From the NCBI GenBank assembly GCA_000004695.1, contig CM000150.2, forward strand, positions 4,352,001 through 4,416,000: a DNA stretch of 64,000 nucleotides. The letters are read 5' to 3'. The translations under genes and the position numbers were made by a program. Positions 47,473 to 64,000 of the stretch are shown here, in pieces. Origin of the DNA: Dictyostelium discoideum (lineage: Eukaryota). The stretch's first letter is position 1; each line of letters starts with the position of its first letter. Under the pieces are notes generated by a model that saw only the letters and a list, made by a program, of their open reading frames with translations, was not told the DNA's origin and made no database searches.

Positions 47473-47858
47473 CTGTATATTATTATTTTGATTATTATTA
47501 TTATTATTATTATTATTATTTATTTTTTTTAGTAATAGAAACTCATATTATTATGTGTATCTTCTTTAATTTATTGGTTTTTAATTTTTTGTAGTCATAT
47601 GAATATTTTTTTAATTATAAAAAAAAAAAAAAAATAAAAAGAAAATTTTAATTTTAAAAATTTCAAAAAAAAAATAATTAAAAAAAAAAAAAATAAAAAA
47701 AAAAATAAAAAAAATAAAAAAGTTGGGAAAAAAAGAGAATTGATAATAAAAAAAGAATTAATATCATTTTTTGATTTTATTGTTTTTAATTCACCTTTTA
47801 TCATTTAAAATTATTTATATATAAATTTAAATATATATATGAACATTATTATTATTAT

Positions 47859-47909
<51 letters not shown>

Positions 47910-48103
47910 CATTTAATTTAATTAATTTAAATTTTAAAAGGAAAAAAATTAAAAATAAATTTAAAAATTATTAAAAAAAAAAAAATAAAAATAAAAAAAA
48001 ATAAAAAAATTTTCGTTCGTTTTTTTTTTTTAATTTTTTTTATTTTCAATTTTTTTCTTTTTAAAATATATTTATATTTATATAAATTATAAAAAAATAC
48101 AAA

Positions 48104-48817
48104 ATGAATTATAGTAATATTGTACAACAAAATTTAGAACAACAAATTCAACAACAACAAATTCAACAACAACAAGAACAAAATTTACGTGAACAACAAA
48201 TTAGACAACAAATTGAAGAACAAATAAAGAGAGGTCAACAAAACCAAGAAACAACACAAGTTGATAATAGACCAGAAGGCGAATATTGGCAAATTTTTGA
48301 TCAAGCAGTATTAAGAATCTTTAAAGAATGGACAGCACTTCAATTGGCAATCACCAATGAATGGGGTGGTAATAAAACCTCTGAAAGAGCTGAAGATATG
48401 AGACAAGATGTTTTAGATTTATTTTTAATGGGTAAACAAGTTTATTCTGATCAAATTGAAAAGATCTTGGATGAATGTTTATCTCAAGATTTAAATACAG
48501 TTGCTGAAGATGATAGTTGTAAACAAGTTGCAACACTTATTATTCAATGTTATAATTTAGCAATCAATGGTGCCTATAATGATATGGTGTCACTTTTAGG
48601 TCCTGAAACTGCTTCTGTAATTAGTAGTTGTATTAAAGGTGCTGGTAATGATTCTGATGATGAAATTGATGCTCCTGAATCTGAAATGGGTGATGATGAT
48701 TATGATGATGAAATGATGGATGATGATGATAATAATGATAATAATAATAATAAACCAAAAAAATATAGTGAACCTGATGAAGATGGTTGGGTAACTGTAA
48801 ATTCAAAAAGAAGATAA
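48104..48817 (+). CDS. tsr2: Pre-rRNA-processing protein TSR2 (WGG domain), single exon
   Basis: After a Q-rich N-terminus, the ORF has FDQAVLRIFKEWTALQLAITNEWGG (WGG motif), LFLMG and ILDECLSQDLNTVAEDDS. It has an acidic tail ending DGWVTVNSKRR, as TSR2 orthologues do. Confidence 0.88.
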   Translation: MNYSNIVQQNLEQQIQQQQIQQQQEQNLREQQIRQQIEEQIKRGQQNQETTQVDNRPEGEYWQIFDQAVLRIFKEWTALQLAITNEWGGNKTSERAEDMRQDVLDLFLMGKQVYSDQIEKILDECLSQDLNTVAEDDSCKQVATLIIQCYNLAINGAYNDMVSLLGPETASVISSCIKGAGNDSDDEIDAPESEMGDDDYDDEMMDDDDNNDNNNNKPKKYSEPDEDGWVTVNSKRR

Positions 48818-48951
48818 AAATAAAAAAATAAAAAAAATAAAAATAAAAATTTATGTAAAATTCTAAAATTAAAAATTAAGGTTTTTAAGATTTATTTATT
48901 TATTTTACAATATCCAAATAAATTTTTTTTTTTTTTTAAAAAAAAAATCTT

Positions 48952-48984
<33 letters not shown>

Positions 48985-49510
48985 AAATTATTGATTCTGA
49001 ATGTTAAATTAGAAGAAGTTGAATATCATAGAACAAAAGGAAAATACACAAGAATTTAATATAAACAAATTTATGAGGGGTGAGTTGAGTGGAAAATAAA
49101 AAATAAAAATTGAAAAAAAAAAGAGGTAACCAACCCACCACCGCCACATATAATTTCTTTTAATTCTTAAATTTTTATATCTAGCCTACCTAACAAATTC
49201 AAAATATGTATTTTTTTATTTTATTTTTATTTTTTTTTTTTTATTAAATTAATAATAGTTTAATTAAAAAATTGTTAGGAAAAAAAAAAAAAAAAAAAGT
49301 AATTATTAAAAAATAAGGCTTTCATTGGGATTTTCAAAAGAAAGGTTCTGAAACAAAAAAAAAATTTTATAAAATCCTGGGACAAACAATTGTTTATGAT
49401 ATTTAAGATATTTTTTTTTTGTCGGCGAATTTTTCAAGCTTAAAAAAAAAAAAAAAATTATTCTAACGTTTTTTTATTTTTATTTTTATTTTTATTTTTT
49501 TAGGTTTTTG

Positions 49511-49544
<34 letters not shown>

Positions 49545-49608
49545 GTTTTTTTTGCATATCATATATAAACCATTATTGGGGACACATAGATGTACACAAC
49601 AAATATTA

Positions 49609-49653
<45 letters not shown>

Positions 49654-49702
49654 AAATTAAAACACACTTATATAAAAAAAAAAAAAAAATAAAAAAAAAA
49701 AA

Positions 49703-51287
49703 ATGGGAAGTGATGAAAGAAAACCACTTTTATCAATTAATGATGGTGATGATGATTTTAATCATCAAGATGTATCAACAAAAACACCACCAATTAAAAA
49801 AGAATCATTATCTAATAAATTTAAAAGTTTTTTAAAAAAATCAATGACAAAAGAAACTCTTCCAATTTTAATATATGTTTTATTATATATTATTTCTGGT
49901 GTTATTAATGTTGTTTTATTAAAAAAACTTATGATTAAATTTGTAAATTATGGTTTTTTCCTTAGTCAAATAACAAATTATGGGTAACTTTTAAAAATTA
50001 ATTTTATAAAAATAAAAAAAAAAAAAAAAAAATTTATTAACTTTTTTATTTATTAATAAAGTTATTTACCAATTTTTTTAGTTGCAATGTGGTATAAAAT
50101 GTATTGTACAAGTGATGTACCAAAAGAAACTAGAAATTTTCCACAATATAAATTTGTGATAATGGGATTATTGGATGCAATTAATGGTTTTTTCGTTGTG
50201 ATTGGTGGTGTTTCAACATCGGGTCCATTGCAACAGTTATTGAATCAAGCTATTATTCCATTCACAATGATTGCATCATTTATATTTTTAAGAGAACGTT
50301 ATTCATTATTTCAATTGGGTGGAGCAGCAGTGATTTTAGGTGGTGTTATAGTTTCATTGATTCCATCATTGGTTGGTGGTTCCTCTGGTGGTAATATTTT
50401 ATTTTATAATTTTTTTTACTTAATTTCAGTTATTCCAGGTGCACTTTCAAATGTTTATAAGGATATAGCTTTTCAATCGATTGATATGGATGTTTGGTAT
50501 TTACAATTCTGGGATTGTCTTTATCAATCTTTATTTGGTAGTATTCTATTCCCAGTTAATAATTGGTTACCACCACCAGCAACTATTAAATTCACTGAAA
50601 TTATACCATCTGTATGTATTTAATTTAATTACAATTCAATTAAATAATTATTTATTAATTTTTTATTTTTTTTAATTATAGATGAGAGATGGTGCATTAT
50701 GTTTAGGTGGTAAAAATACTATTTTACCAATTTTTAATGGTACAACATCAACATTGGCATTTGGATCATGTGGTATTAATGATAATTTTGTTTGTGATGA
50801 TTGTCATAATACATGGATTATAGTTTTAATTTATATGACAGTTAATATCGCTTATAATATTTTCATTTTATTAGTATTGAAACATGCTGGTGCAACCGTT
50901 TATTCAATTGCAAATACTGTGATTTTACCATTAACAAATATTTTCTTTTCAATTCATTTCATTATGGGTGCTGCAACTACACCATTCTCTGCTTTATCAG
51001 TTGCTGGTTTACTTTTAATTCTATTTGGTTTAGGTGGTTATCGTATTGGTTCAATGATTAAAAAACCACCTCCAGATTCAAAGAAAGATTCAGAACAACA
51101 AGGTGGTGAAGGAGGTGCTGGTGATGGCGATTCATCTGATAATAAAAATAATTTAGGTGATAGTGCTGAAATTCCTCAACAAATTCAACCAAAGACTCAA
51201 TTACATTTAAGAAATCAATTCTTTGGTAGATTAGGTATTGATATACCTGAATCAAGATATAGAGCTACAAATATTATTAATAATTAA
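49703..51287 (+). CDS. CRT-like (chloroquine-resistance-transporter family, DMT superfamily) membrane transporter. Three exons: 49703..49983, 50062..50611 and 50682..51287.
   Basis: Ten predicted TM helices and CRT/CLT-family blocks are present (LLYIISGVINVVLLK, FVIMGLLDAINGFFVVIGGVSTSGPLQQLLNQAIIPFTMIASFIFLRERY, ILLVLKHAGATVYSIANTVILPLTNIFF). The intron 1 acceptor at AAAG|T (50060-50061) is the only phase-2-compatible AG. The more obvious TTTTAG at 50080 gives an immediate stop. The intron 2 donor is GTATGT and the acceptor is TATAG. Dictyostelium has several crtp paralogues, so no symbol is given. Confidence 0.78.
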
Positions 51288-51942
51288 ATCAATGTATTAT
51301 TATTTTTTTGATTTTTAATATTTATATTCTATACATATATATATATATTTTTTTTTATTTAAAAAAAAAATAAAAAAATAAAAAAAAAATAAAAAAATAA
51401 TTATTATTATTTAAAAAATTTTAAATAAATAAAAATAAAAATAAAAAATAAAAAAAAAAAATAATATATATATGTTTAACTTTTTTTTTTTTACCAAATA
51501 ATTCATAATTTTTATTTTTCTTCATTTTCTTTTTTTTACTTTTTTTTTAACCCAGACCATTTTCATTATTTTTTTTATTTTTTTTTAAAAATATTATTTT
51601 AGTTTTTGGAAATAAAAAAAACAATAATATATTGGAAAAAATGATACTCAATTAGGTACACCATCGGGTATTCTTTTAATAATCAATTTTTTAAAAGTCA
51701 TTGAGAAATATTAATGTTTTTATAAATAAGTTATAATCAATAATTCAAAATTATAAAAAGAAAAAAAAAAAGAATTAAAAATGTTTAAATTATAATAAAA
51801 GATAGAAAAGGATTCAAATTTTAATAGATTTTTTTTTTCCCCCAATTTATATTTTTAAACACATTTTCCATAAAAAAAAGTGTAAACTAGTATTAAAATC
51901 TAATAGTAATAATATTAAAAATAATAATAATAATATTAAAAA

Positions 51943-52146
51943 TGTTGATAATAAGTTAATTTATGTCCATTATGTAAAAAAGAAATTTCATCAGTAATTA
52001 GAGTTTTTTAAATAAAAATACCAACGTTTCTTGGTTACAAACAACACTTGTAAAAAAAAAAAAAAAATAAAAAATAATAAATAAATAAATAGAAAAATAA
52101 AAATAAATTATTAGTTTAAATTTCATTTGGAAGTGGTTGTCAAAGA
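51943..52146 (+). pseudogene. Degenerate partial copy of the last ~20 codons plus 3' UTR of the downstream TPR/Kelch/MYND/RING gene (compare 56026..56205)
   Basis: gttgataataagttaatttatgtccattatgtaaaaaagaaatttcatcag...aaataaaaataccaacgtttcttggttacaaacaacacttgtaaaaaa...tttaaatttcatttggaagtggttgt aligns with 56026-56205 (gttgataacaagttaatttcatgtcccttatgtaaaaaagaaatttcatcag...aaataaaaataccaacgtttattggttacaaccaacacttgtaaaaaa...tttaaatttcatttggaagtggttgt). A 1-nt deletion breaks the RING reading frame. Confidence 0.75.
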
Positions 52147-52289
52147 AAGAAGGTATTGGTGATACTAAAAATAAAATAATTTATTGGTGAAATTCAATTC
52201 ATTTTTTTTTGTATTTTTTAAAAAAAAAATAATTATTTTTTTTTTTTATTTGAGTTTTTTTTTTTTTTTTTATTAAATTATAAAACAAT

Positions 52290-52395
<106 letters not shown>

Positions 52396-52423
52396 TAAAA
52401 ATAATAATAATAGTAATAATAAA

Positions 52424-56096
<3,673 letters not shown>

Positions 56097-56195
56097 ATAA
56101 AAATACCAACGTTTATTGGTTACAACCAACACTTGTAAAAAATAAAAAAATAAATAAATAAAATTATAGCCTTGTTTAAATTTCATTTGGAAGTG

Positions 56196-56244
<49 letters not shown>

Positions 56245-56355
56245 TCCACCAACTCGACAAAAGTCAAATATTTTTATATTTTTTTAAAATTATTAAAATT
56301 CAAATTTCATTTTTTTTATTCCAATTTTTTTTTTTTTTTTTTTTATAAACAAAGA

Positions 56356-56401
<46 letters not shown>

Positions 56402-57287
56402 AATCCACCATTCTTTTTTTTTCTTTTTCTTTTTAAAATTTTCAAAACTTTTATAAATTCAACATATATTGTGTAGATTTATTCATATAAAATTTTTTTA
56501 TTTTTGATATTAATATTAATTAACATGTTTTCTGGAATTTTTTTTTTTCAAAATAAAATTTAAAAAAAAATTATTCCAATTTGTATAATTTAAATAAAAA
56601 TAGTAATAATAAAATAATTACAATGTTTATAGTAATTAACAAGAAATCTAATCAATAAATTAAAAAATACTAATTTCAATCATTCTTTTTTGTTGGAATT
56701 TTCACAGTAAAATACGCTGTGTATACGTAGTGATAAAATTCACTAAAAATTTTTTTTTTTTTTTTTTTTAATATTAAAAACTATTAATTTAACCAAAACA
56801 ATAAAAAAACTATTTATAAACAGTTTTTTGATTGTTTTAAGATTATAATTTACAATTTACTTTCAACACCAAATTTTTTTTTTTTTTTTTTTTTTTCAAT
56901 TTTTGCTCCCTTCGTAAAAATGAAATAAAAAATTAAAGAAATATGAAAAAATGAAATAATAACAATAAATATTTTATTATTAATAATAATAATAATAATA
57001 AATAATTATAATAATTATAAATATAAGATTCAAAAGATTCAAAAGAAGAATTTTCATTAATGTTTATTAATTTAGAACGTAGTTGAAATCATAGAATCAT
57101 GACCCAACCAAAATTTGGTGGATTATCAAAGAAACCAACCCATCGATGTATATTGAAACATCTGTAAAAAAAAAGTTCATAAAACTTGGCCTTAAATCAC
57201 CTCAGATTACATAAATAAATAAAAAAATATATAAATAAAAAAATAAAAAAAATTAATTCACTGTGTAATAAATAAAAAATAGTAATA

Positions 57288-57313
57288 AAAAAATAAATAA
57301 ATAAATAAATAAG

Positions 57314-57364
<51 letters not shown>

Positions 57365-57400
57365 GTAAATAAATAAGTAAATAAGTAAATAAATAAAAAT
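57288..57400. repeat. (TAAA)n / (AAGTAAATAAAT)n compound microsatellite
   Basis: It produces the artefactual minus-strand ORF 57197..57424 (YLFIYLFI...). It lies in the convergent 3' intergenic region. Confidence 0.85.
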
Positions 57401-58083
57401 TACTCCACAACCTTTTTTTTTCATTTATTTTTTTAACTCAAAAATTATATCGTTCTCTCCTTATTTTATAAAATTTTATTCTTTTCTTTTTTTTTTTTTT
57501 TTTTTTTTTTTTTGTTAAACGTCATTATTGTCTTTAAGATACTCTCAATTGATATAAAAAAAATAAAAAAATAACAAATAATTAAATTTTAGTATTTTTT
57601 TTTTTTTCAAGTGAAATTAATTTTTTAGTTAATACCATAGCTTACATATTCCCAAAGCACAATATATACTTTTCTAAATATATGAGACCAATTAACTTAA
57701 AAAAAAAAAAAAAAAAAAGAAATTATTAGGGAAAAAAAATGGAAAATTTAAATGAAGAAATTAAAAATAAAAGTTTTTCCTCATATTAAAATTATTTAAA
57801 TTAAAATTTTATGTATTACTAAAATTATAGGAATGGATATATTATATACCAACATTTTTTGGTATATCTGGCAAAATTGAGATCAAGATTTTTGTCCTGG
57901 CTTCACCATACAAACATAAACATATCATGATAACAGCAAATTACAATAAGAATGTTAATAAAAAAAAAATTCAAAAATAAAAATATTAATGTGTACTATA
58001 TATGAGAAGCTTTATTGATTTTACTAACTTATTATTTTTTAAGAAATCTATTTGATAGAGATGTTTTCCTCTGAAAAATTCCG

Positions 58084-60006
58084 TCAATCTAATTCGTCTA
58101 CTTTGTTGTTTGAACTCTTTGGTGAATCATTTGACATACCACCTGGCATACCACCACCTTGTGGCATACCTCCTTCTTGATAGAGTTTACTCATGATTGG
58201 ATTGACAACTGCTTCTAAGGCTTTCATCTTATCTTCATATTCATCCTTTTCTGCGGTTTGATTTGATTCTAACCATTTGAGTACACTTTCAGTTTCAGAT
58301 TCAATAGTTGATTTATCTGAATCTGAAATTTTGGCTGCAACTTTTTCATCTTTAATTGAATTTTTAACAGTGAATGCATAATTTTCCAATTTATTCTTTG
58401 ATTCAACACGATCTTTTTGTTGTTCATCTTGTTGTTTGAATTTCTCTGCATCAGCAACCATTTTTTCAATTTCTTCTTTTGAAAGACGACCTTTATCATT
58501 GGTAATTGTAATCTTTTGTTTGTTACCAGTTGATTTATCTTCAGCTGATACATTTAAGATACCATTTGCATCAACATCAAATGTAACTTCAACTTGTGGT
58601 ACACCTCTTGGTGCTGGTGGAATACCAGAAAGTTCAAATTTACCCAATAAATTATTATCTTTGGTCATAGCACGTTCACCTTCATAAACTTGAATTAATA
58701 CACCTGGTTGATTATCAGAGTATGTAGAGAAGGTTTGAGTTTTCTTACATGGAATTGTTGTATTTCTTGGAATAAGAGTTGTCATAACACCACCAGCAGT
58801 TTCTAAACCCATTGATAATGGTGCAACATCTAACAATAAAAGATCAGCAACTTTAGCACCACCTTCATTTGAAAGAATTGCAGCTTGTACAGCGGCACCA
58901 TAAGCAACAGCTTCATCTGGATTAATTGATTTATTCAATTCTTTACCATTGAAAAATTCTTGTAATAATTGTTGTACCTTTGGAATACGAGTTGAACCAC
59001 CAACTAAAACAATTTCATGAATTGATTTCTTATCCAATTTACTATCTTTTAATACTTTTTCAACTGGATCTAAACAACCACGGAAAAGATCAGCACAGAG
59101 TTCTTCAAAACGTGCTCTAGTAATTGAAGTATAGAAATCAATACCTTCAAAGAGTGAATCAATTTCAATTGAAGCTTGAGCAGATGATGAAAGAGTTCTT
59201 TTGGCACGTTCACAAGCAGTTCTTAAACGACGAACAGCACGTTGATTACCCATAATATCTTTTTTATGTTTACGTTTAAATTCATCAACAAAGTGAGAAA
59301 CGAGACGATTATCAAAATCTTCACCACCTAAATGAGTATCACCAGCGGTGGCTTTAACTTCAAATACACCATCTTCAATGGTAAGGAGAGAAACATCAAA
59401 TGTACCACCACCTAAATCGAAAATTAAAATATTCTTTTCACCAGAACCTTTCTTTTCTAAACCATAAGCAATAGCAGCAGCAGTTGGTTCATTAATAATA
59501 CGTTGAACATTTAATTTTGAAATTGTACCAGCATCTTTGGTTGCTTGACGTTGACTATCATTGAAATAAGCTGGAACGGTAATTACAGCATTATTAATGG
59601 TTTTACCAAGATAAGCTTCAGCGGTTTCTTTCATTTTTAAGAGTACCATTGAAGAGATTTCTTCTGGTGAGAAAACTTTAGTTTCACCTTTGAATTCAAC
59701 TTGAATATGTGGCTTATCACCATCCTTTGGAATAACTTTGAATGGCCAATGTTTCATATCACTTTGAACTTCTTTGTCACTAAATTTACGACCAATTAAA
59801 CGTTTAGCATCAAATACTGTATTGGTTGGATTCATTGCAACTTGATTCTTTGCAGCATCACCAATTAAACGTTCTGTATCAGTAAATGCAACATAAGATG
59901 GAGTGGTTCTATTACCTTGATCATTTGCAATAATTTCAACACGATCATTTTGCCAAACACCAACACATGAATATGTTGTACCTAAATCAATACCAATTGA
60001 TGACAT
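58084..60006 (-). CDS. hspB: Cytosolic Hsp70 / Hsc70 (640 aa), single exon
   Basis: Complete Hsp70 with [27 protein letters not shown] and C-terminal GGMP repeats, ending in the EEVD-variant tail VDELD. The symbol is my best recollection of the Dictyostelium constitutive Hsc70 and should be checked. Confidence 0.95.
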   Translation of the reverse strand: MSSIGIDLGTTYSCVGVWQNDRVEIIANDQGNRTTPSYVAFTDTERLIGDAAKNQVAMNPTNTVFDAKRLIGRKFSDKEVQSDMKHWPFKVIPKDGDKPHIQVEFKGETKVFSPEEISSMVLLKMKETAEAYLGKTINNAVITVPAYFNDSQRQATKDAGTISKLNVQRIINEPTAAAIAYGLEKKGSGEKNILIFDLGGGTFDVSLLTIEDGVFEVKATAGDTHLGGEDFDNRLVSHFVDEFKRKHKKDIMGNQRAVRRLRTACERAKRTLSSSAQASIEIDSLFEGIDFYTSITRARFEELCADLFRGCLDPVEKVLKDSKLDKKSIHEIVLVGGSTRIPKVQQLLQEFFNGKELNKSINPDEAVAYGAAVQAAILSNEGGAKVADLLLLDVAPLSMGLETAGGVMTTLIPRNTTIPCKKTQTFSTYSDNQPGVLIQVYEGERAMTKDNNLLGKFELSGIPPAPRGVPQVEVTFDVDANGILNVSAEDKSTGNKQKITITNDKGRLSKEEIEKMVADAEKFKQQDEQQKDRVESKNKLENYAFTVKNSIKDEKVAAKISDSDKSTIESETESVLKWLESNQTAEKDEYEDKMKALEAVVNPIMSKLYQEGGMPQGGGMPGGMSNDSPKSSNNKVDELD

Positions 60007-60294
60007 TTTTTAATATTTAATTATTTAATATTCTTTTATAAAAAAAAAAAAAAAATTTTAAAATGTTAATAAAAAATAATTATTTAATAAAAAAAAAAAT
60101 AAAGTAATAATAATAATAAAAATAAAAAAAATAAAAATTTGGAATTTATTAAAAAAAAAATAATATATATATATATATAAAAATATATAATAAATTAAAT
60201 AATACAAAAAAAAAAAATAATTATTATTATTATTTTTTTTGTTGTTCAAATTAAATAAAAAATATAAAAAATATAAAAATTTTTATTCTTGATA

Positions 60295-60347
60295 GTGTGT
60301 GTGTGTTTGTTTGTTTTGAATGTGTTTGTGTGTTTTTGTTTGGTAAC
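60295..60347 (-). promoter_or_regulatory. CA-rich (GT-rich on plus) element about 290-340 bp upstream of the Hsp70 ATG
   Basis: gtgtgtgtgtttgtttgttttgaatgtgtttgtgtgtttttgtttgg is a conspicuous non-A/T island in an otherwise AT promoter. On the gene strand it reads as C/A-rich. It contains a GAAtgTgTT half-HSE-like core. This is a weak call. Confidence 0.3.
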
Positions 60348-60846
60348 TTACTATATGTATGTGTGTGAATTAAAAAAAAAATTATTATTTATTTATTTAT
60401 TTACAAAAATTTATATACAAAAAAATTAATCTTTATATATTTATACTATTATTATTATTATAAATTAAATTGAACTACTGAATTAACAATAATGAAAGAT
60501 TTTTATTTGGGGTTTAAATAATTTTTTTTTTTTTTTAAATTTTCAACCACTGGATTTTTTTTTTGGTTTTTGGATGAAATTTAAAAAAAAATCCATAAAT
60601 TTTTATCGTAAAATTTTGAGATTTAATGGGATTTCACATAGTTTCACCCAAAAAGGTTTCAAGATCCCAAATAAAAATTTTTTAAATTTTTTTTTTTTTT
60701 TATTTTTTTTTTTTTTATTTTTATTTTTATTTTTTTATTTTTTTATTTTTTTTTTATGTTGAATCGTAAAAAAAATTAATTTTTTTAAAATTTTTTTCCT
60801 TATTAATTTTTTACGATCCAATGAACGCATGTGATTAATTTTATTG

Positions 60847-60884
<38 letters not shown>

Positions 60885-60998
60885 ATGATAATAATAATAA
60901 TAAATAAATACAATGAATTTACTTTAAAATATGGAATAGTAATAAAACAAAAAAATTTAATGGAAAGAAGAAAAAAAAAAAATAGTGGAAAAAAAGAG

Positions 60999-61030
<32 letters not shown>

Positions 61031-61093
61031 ATAATAATAATAATAAATAAATACAATGAAGTTAACTTACTACTTTTATTTTAACAATAATGA

Positions 61094-61125
<32 letters not shown>

Positions 61126-61498
61126 TATTATTAAAAAAAAATTATTAAAAAAAAAAATAATAAAAAAAAAAATAAAAAAAAAAATAAAATTAAATCCAAT
61201 TTCGAAAAAAAAAAGGGGTGCGAGTTCAGTGGCAAATTTACTTTTTTTTTTTTTGAAAAATAATTATTGTTAACACAAAGATATTTTTAATTTTTTTTTT
61301 ATTTTTTTTTATTTTTTTTTTTTTTTTAAATTTTAATTTTTTTAATTTTTTATTTTATTATTAAAACACTGTAAATTAATTTCTTATTTTCACATTAAAT
61401 AAAAAAATTCAAGTTTTATTGTAATATTTTTATTTTAATTTTAATTTTTATTTTAATTTTTTATTATTATTTATTATTATTATTTTTTTTTTTTTTTA

Positions 61499-62514
61499 TT
61501 AAAAATTTAAAATATTTAAATTATTATCAATTGAACCAATTATTAAATTATTATTATTATTATTATTATTTAATAATAAATCAAATGATTTTATAAAATC
61601 TAAAGATTTATATTTAAAAATAATTTCTTGAGTTTTAATATTAAAAATTTTTAAATATGAATCATCCGATATTGAAATTAATTCATTAAAATTATTTTCA
61701 TTAAACGATAATTGATTAATACCTAATTCATGTAATTTCCAATTTTTATTATTATCATTATCATTTGAATTATCGATTGAATTGGTTGTTGGTGGTGGTG
61801 TTAAAACTCTAATATCAAATTGTTTAATTGTACCATTTTTTAAACCTGCATAAAATAAATAATCATTTTCTTTACTCCAACAAATTGAATTTACTGGTAT
61901 ACCATTTGTTTCATTTAAAAATATACTTTTATTTTTATTACCACCATTATTACCAATATTACTAATATTAATTCTTGAATCCCAAATTACAATACCATTA
62001 TCTGATGCTGATAAAAATAAAAAATCATTAAATTCTGACCAAATCGTTTGATTAATTTTTTTATAATGTACTAAATTTATTATAAATTATTAAAAATAAA
62101 AAAAAAAAAAAGAAAAAAAAAAAAAAAAGAAAAAATTAATATCACATGCAAAAAAAAATTAAAAAAAAAAAAAGAAAAAAATTTACATGAAAATTCAGAA
62201 ATTAAAGAATTTGTATTAATATCCCATTGTTTAATTAATTTATCCCAACCAGATGATAATAATTGTTTTGTATTTAAATTTAAATTTAAATGAGAAATTA
62301 TAGAGTTATTATGAACTTTTTCAAATAAAATATCATCATCTTTTAATATATTCTTTTTTGATGGTTTATCTTCATTATCATTTTCTTTTAAACAACTATT
62401 TAATAAATAAATATTTGAATCATCACCTGAAACTAAACATTTTTCATTATCAATCCATTCTAAACATGTCGTACCAGAATAAAATGGTATTGATTTATTT
62501 GGTATTTCATTAAA

Positions 62515-62550
<36 letters not shown>

Positions 62551-62682
62551 GATAATATTATTATTTATATCAAAAAATTCTACTGAACCATTCCATACAG
62601 AATTTGTAAGATTACTTTTACAAACACCTAATTTTGTTTTATCATTATTTAATTTTAAAAAACTAATTGAAGATGGTATCAT
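61499..62682 (-). CDS. WD40-repeat protein (about 355 aa), function unknown. Two exons on the minus strand: 62682..62187 and 62070..61499.
   Basis: ORF 62080..62682 ends at GTAAAT (minus-strand donor at 62186). A 116-nt intron precedes the TTTAG acceptor at 62071. The exon 2 frame is open for 190 codons with WD-like blocks (DNGIVIWDSR, LFYAGLKNGTIKQFDIR, ISISDDSYLKIFNI). Exon 1 has SGDDSNIYLL and SSGWDKLIKQWDI. Phase 1 is consistent. Confidence 0.72.
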
Positions 62683-62713
62683 TACTTTATTAATTTTTTT
62701 TTTTTTTTGAATG

Positions 62714-62747
<34 letters not shown>

Positions 62748-62778
62748 TGGTGATTTTCGAGATTTTTTAGAAAAAAAA

Positions 62779-62810
<32 letters not shown>

Positions 62811-63135
62811 ATTTAATTAGTTTTCACCCAAAGCCTCACAGTTTTTTGATAATGCCTAAAAAAAAAAAAAAAAAAATTTTAAAAATTAATCCAAATTTTT
62901 TTTTTTAAAATAAAAAAAAAAAAAAAAAAGTAAGTGGGAAAATTGTTTAAGAATTAAATTCGGGTCTTGATCCGAATTGGATGGAATTATATAAAAAAAA
63001 AAAAAAAAAAAAAAGAAAATTTTATTTATTTATATATTTATTTAATTTTTTAGATACAACACTTGTAAAATTACAATTTTTTTTTTATTTTTTTTTTTAA
63101 TTTTTTAATTTTTTTTTTTTTTATTTTTAAAAATA

Positions 63136-63508
63136 TTAATATAACATTTGACCCATTGAATCATAAAAACAAATCATTTTACAAAATTTATCAGAATTTG
63201 AAGCAGCTTTAATAAATTCTTCTTTATTCATTCCTTTTTTTTTATTTGACATATTTTCAGCTGAACAAATTGAAAATACATAATTTGTTACACCACTATA
63301 ATCCATACCCAATGATGTACCACATGCAACTGCAACTCCAATTAATTTTTCAACTTCATCAACTTCAAGATGACCACTTTGATCTTTATCAAATAAATCA
63401 AATAAAAGACTTAATTTTTCAACAACTGGTGCTTTTGTCATAATATATAATGATGTTACAAATTCTTTAAAATCTAATATTCCATTCTAATTAATTAATT
63501 AAATAAGT

Positions 63509-63547
<39 letters not shown>

Positions 63548-63868
63548 AAATTAATATTATTAATAATTAATTATTATTTATTATCTAATATTATTTTATT
63601 AATTTTTTTTTTTTTTTTAAAAAAAATAACATACACAATCAGTATCAAATAATTTAAATAATTGTATTAATAAATCTTTATCCCAATCTCTGAAACGACA
63701 ATAAAAGAAATCTATAAATTCAGATTCTGTAAAACCAGATTTTTTATCTTTTGATGAGTATTCATTATAATCTTTACTAAGTTTATCAATTTGATCTTTT
63801 GTATAATTTGTTTTTTTAATTAATTCATTAATTTCTTCTTTTGATAATTTTGTATTTCCAGCTCCCAT
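63136..63868 (-). CDS. Neuronal-calcium-sensor / recoverin-family EF-hand protein, N-myristoylation consensus MGxxxT. Two exons on the minus strand: 63868..63635 and 63486..63136.
   Basis: The N-terminus is MGAGNTKLSKEEINELIKKTNYTKDQIDKL, compared with NCS-1 [30 protein letters not shown]. The EF-hand loop DTDC|NGILDFKEF spans a phase-0 GTATGT..TTAG intron. A second EF-hand is DKDQSGHLEVDEVEKL. Confidence 0.82.
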
Positions 63869-64000
63869 TTTTTTAAATTTTTTAAATTAAAAAAAAGTTA
63901 TATATATATATATATATATTTATTATTTATAAAAAAAAAATAAATAAATAATTATTAAAAAAAAAAAAAAAAAAAAAAAAAATATCTTTTTTATAAATTA

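Noticed and set aside
50080-50086. The strong-looking TTTTTTTAG acceptor for CRT-like intron 1
   Set aside because: Using it produces an immediate in-frame stop (ggt tgc aat gtg gta taa). The upstream AAAG|T acceptor at 50060-50061 is the only one compatible with the phase-2 donor at 49984.
57100-57170. 22-codon ORF MTQPKFGGLSKKPTHRCILKHL in the hsp70/RING-gene convergent intergenic region
   Set aside because: It is too short, has no splice continuation and is most likely 3' UTR sequence.

Overview
The window is eukaryotic nuclear DNA, not prokaryotic. A+T is roughly 75-80%, and intergenic DNA is dominated by A/T homopolymers. Coding regions carry (AAT)n, (CAA)n and (AGT)n microsatellites translated as poly-Asn, poly-Gln and poly-Ser, and there are many short (70-280 nt) AT-rich introns with GTAAGT/GTATGT donors and (T)nAG acceptors. 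These are the signatures of a Dictyostelium discoideum-type social amoeba chromosome arm.

I reconstructed 26 protein-coding genes, about 19 of them spliced, by joining the six-frame ORF pieces across canonical splice sites and checking phase and homology at every junction. They are mostly conserved housekeeping genes. In window order they are a Kelch-repeat protein, a P-loop kinase-like protein, a bromodomain+ET (BET-like) protein, a NadR-type ribosylnicotinamide-kinase-domain protein, APRT, a PHLPP-like LRR+PP2C phosphatase, DPH7/WDR85, a CHY zinc-finger protein, a methyltransferase-like protein, GDP-L-fucose synthase, a Ctr copper transporter, proteasome subunit Rpn7/PSMD6, a GH5 cellulase with a C-terminal binding module, an HGSNAT-like acetyltransferase, CZIB/DUF866, a cytochrome-b5-domain protein, Tim50, an HP1-like chromo/chromoshadow protein, BRAP2, TSR2, a CRT-like transporter, a large TPR+Kelch+MYND+RING protein, Hsp70, a WD-repeat protein and an NCS-family EF-hand protein. 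There is also a small Cys-rich ORF at the 5' end.

I found no rRNA or tRNA gene, no CRISPR array, no intact transposon and no prokaryote-style gene system such as a defence island. The things most worth a second look are listed here.
- A bacterial-type NadR RNK domain gene that has acquired introns and has a non-canonical Walker A motif.
- A near-perfect 47-bp-arm palindrome in a divergent promoter.
- A degenerate copy of the 3' terminus of the large RING gene sitting about 0.5 kb upstream of that gene.
- A ~95-bp direct repeat pair in the gene-poor 5' 4.6 kb.
- A 0.9-kb GC-elevated, ORF-free block in a convergent intergenic region.

All coordinates come from manual indexing, so splice junctions could be off by a few nucleotides where no homology constrains them.
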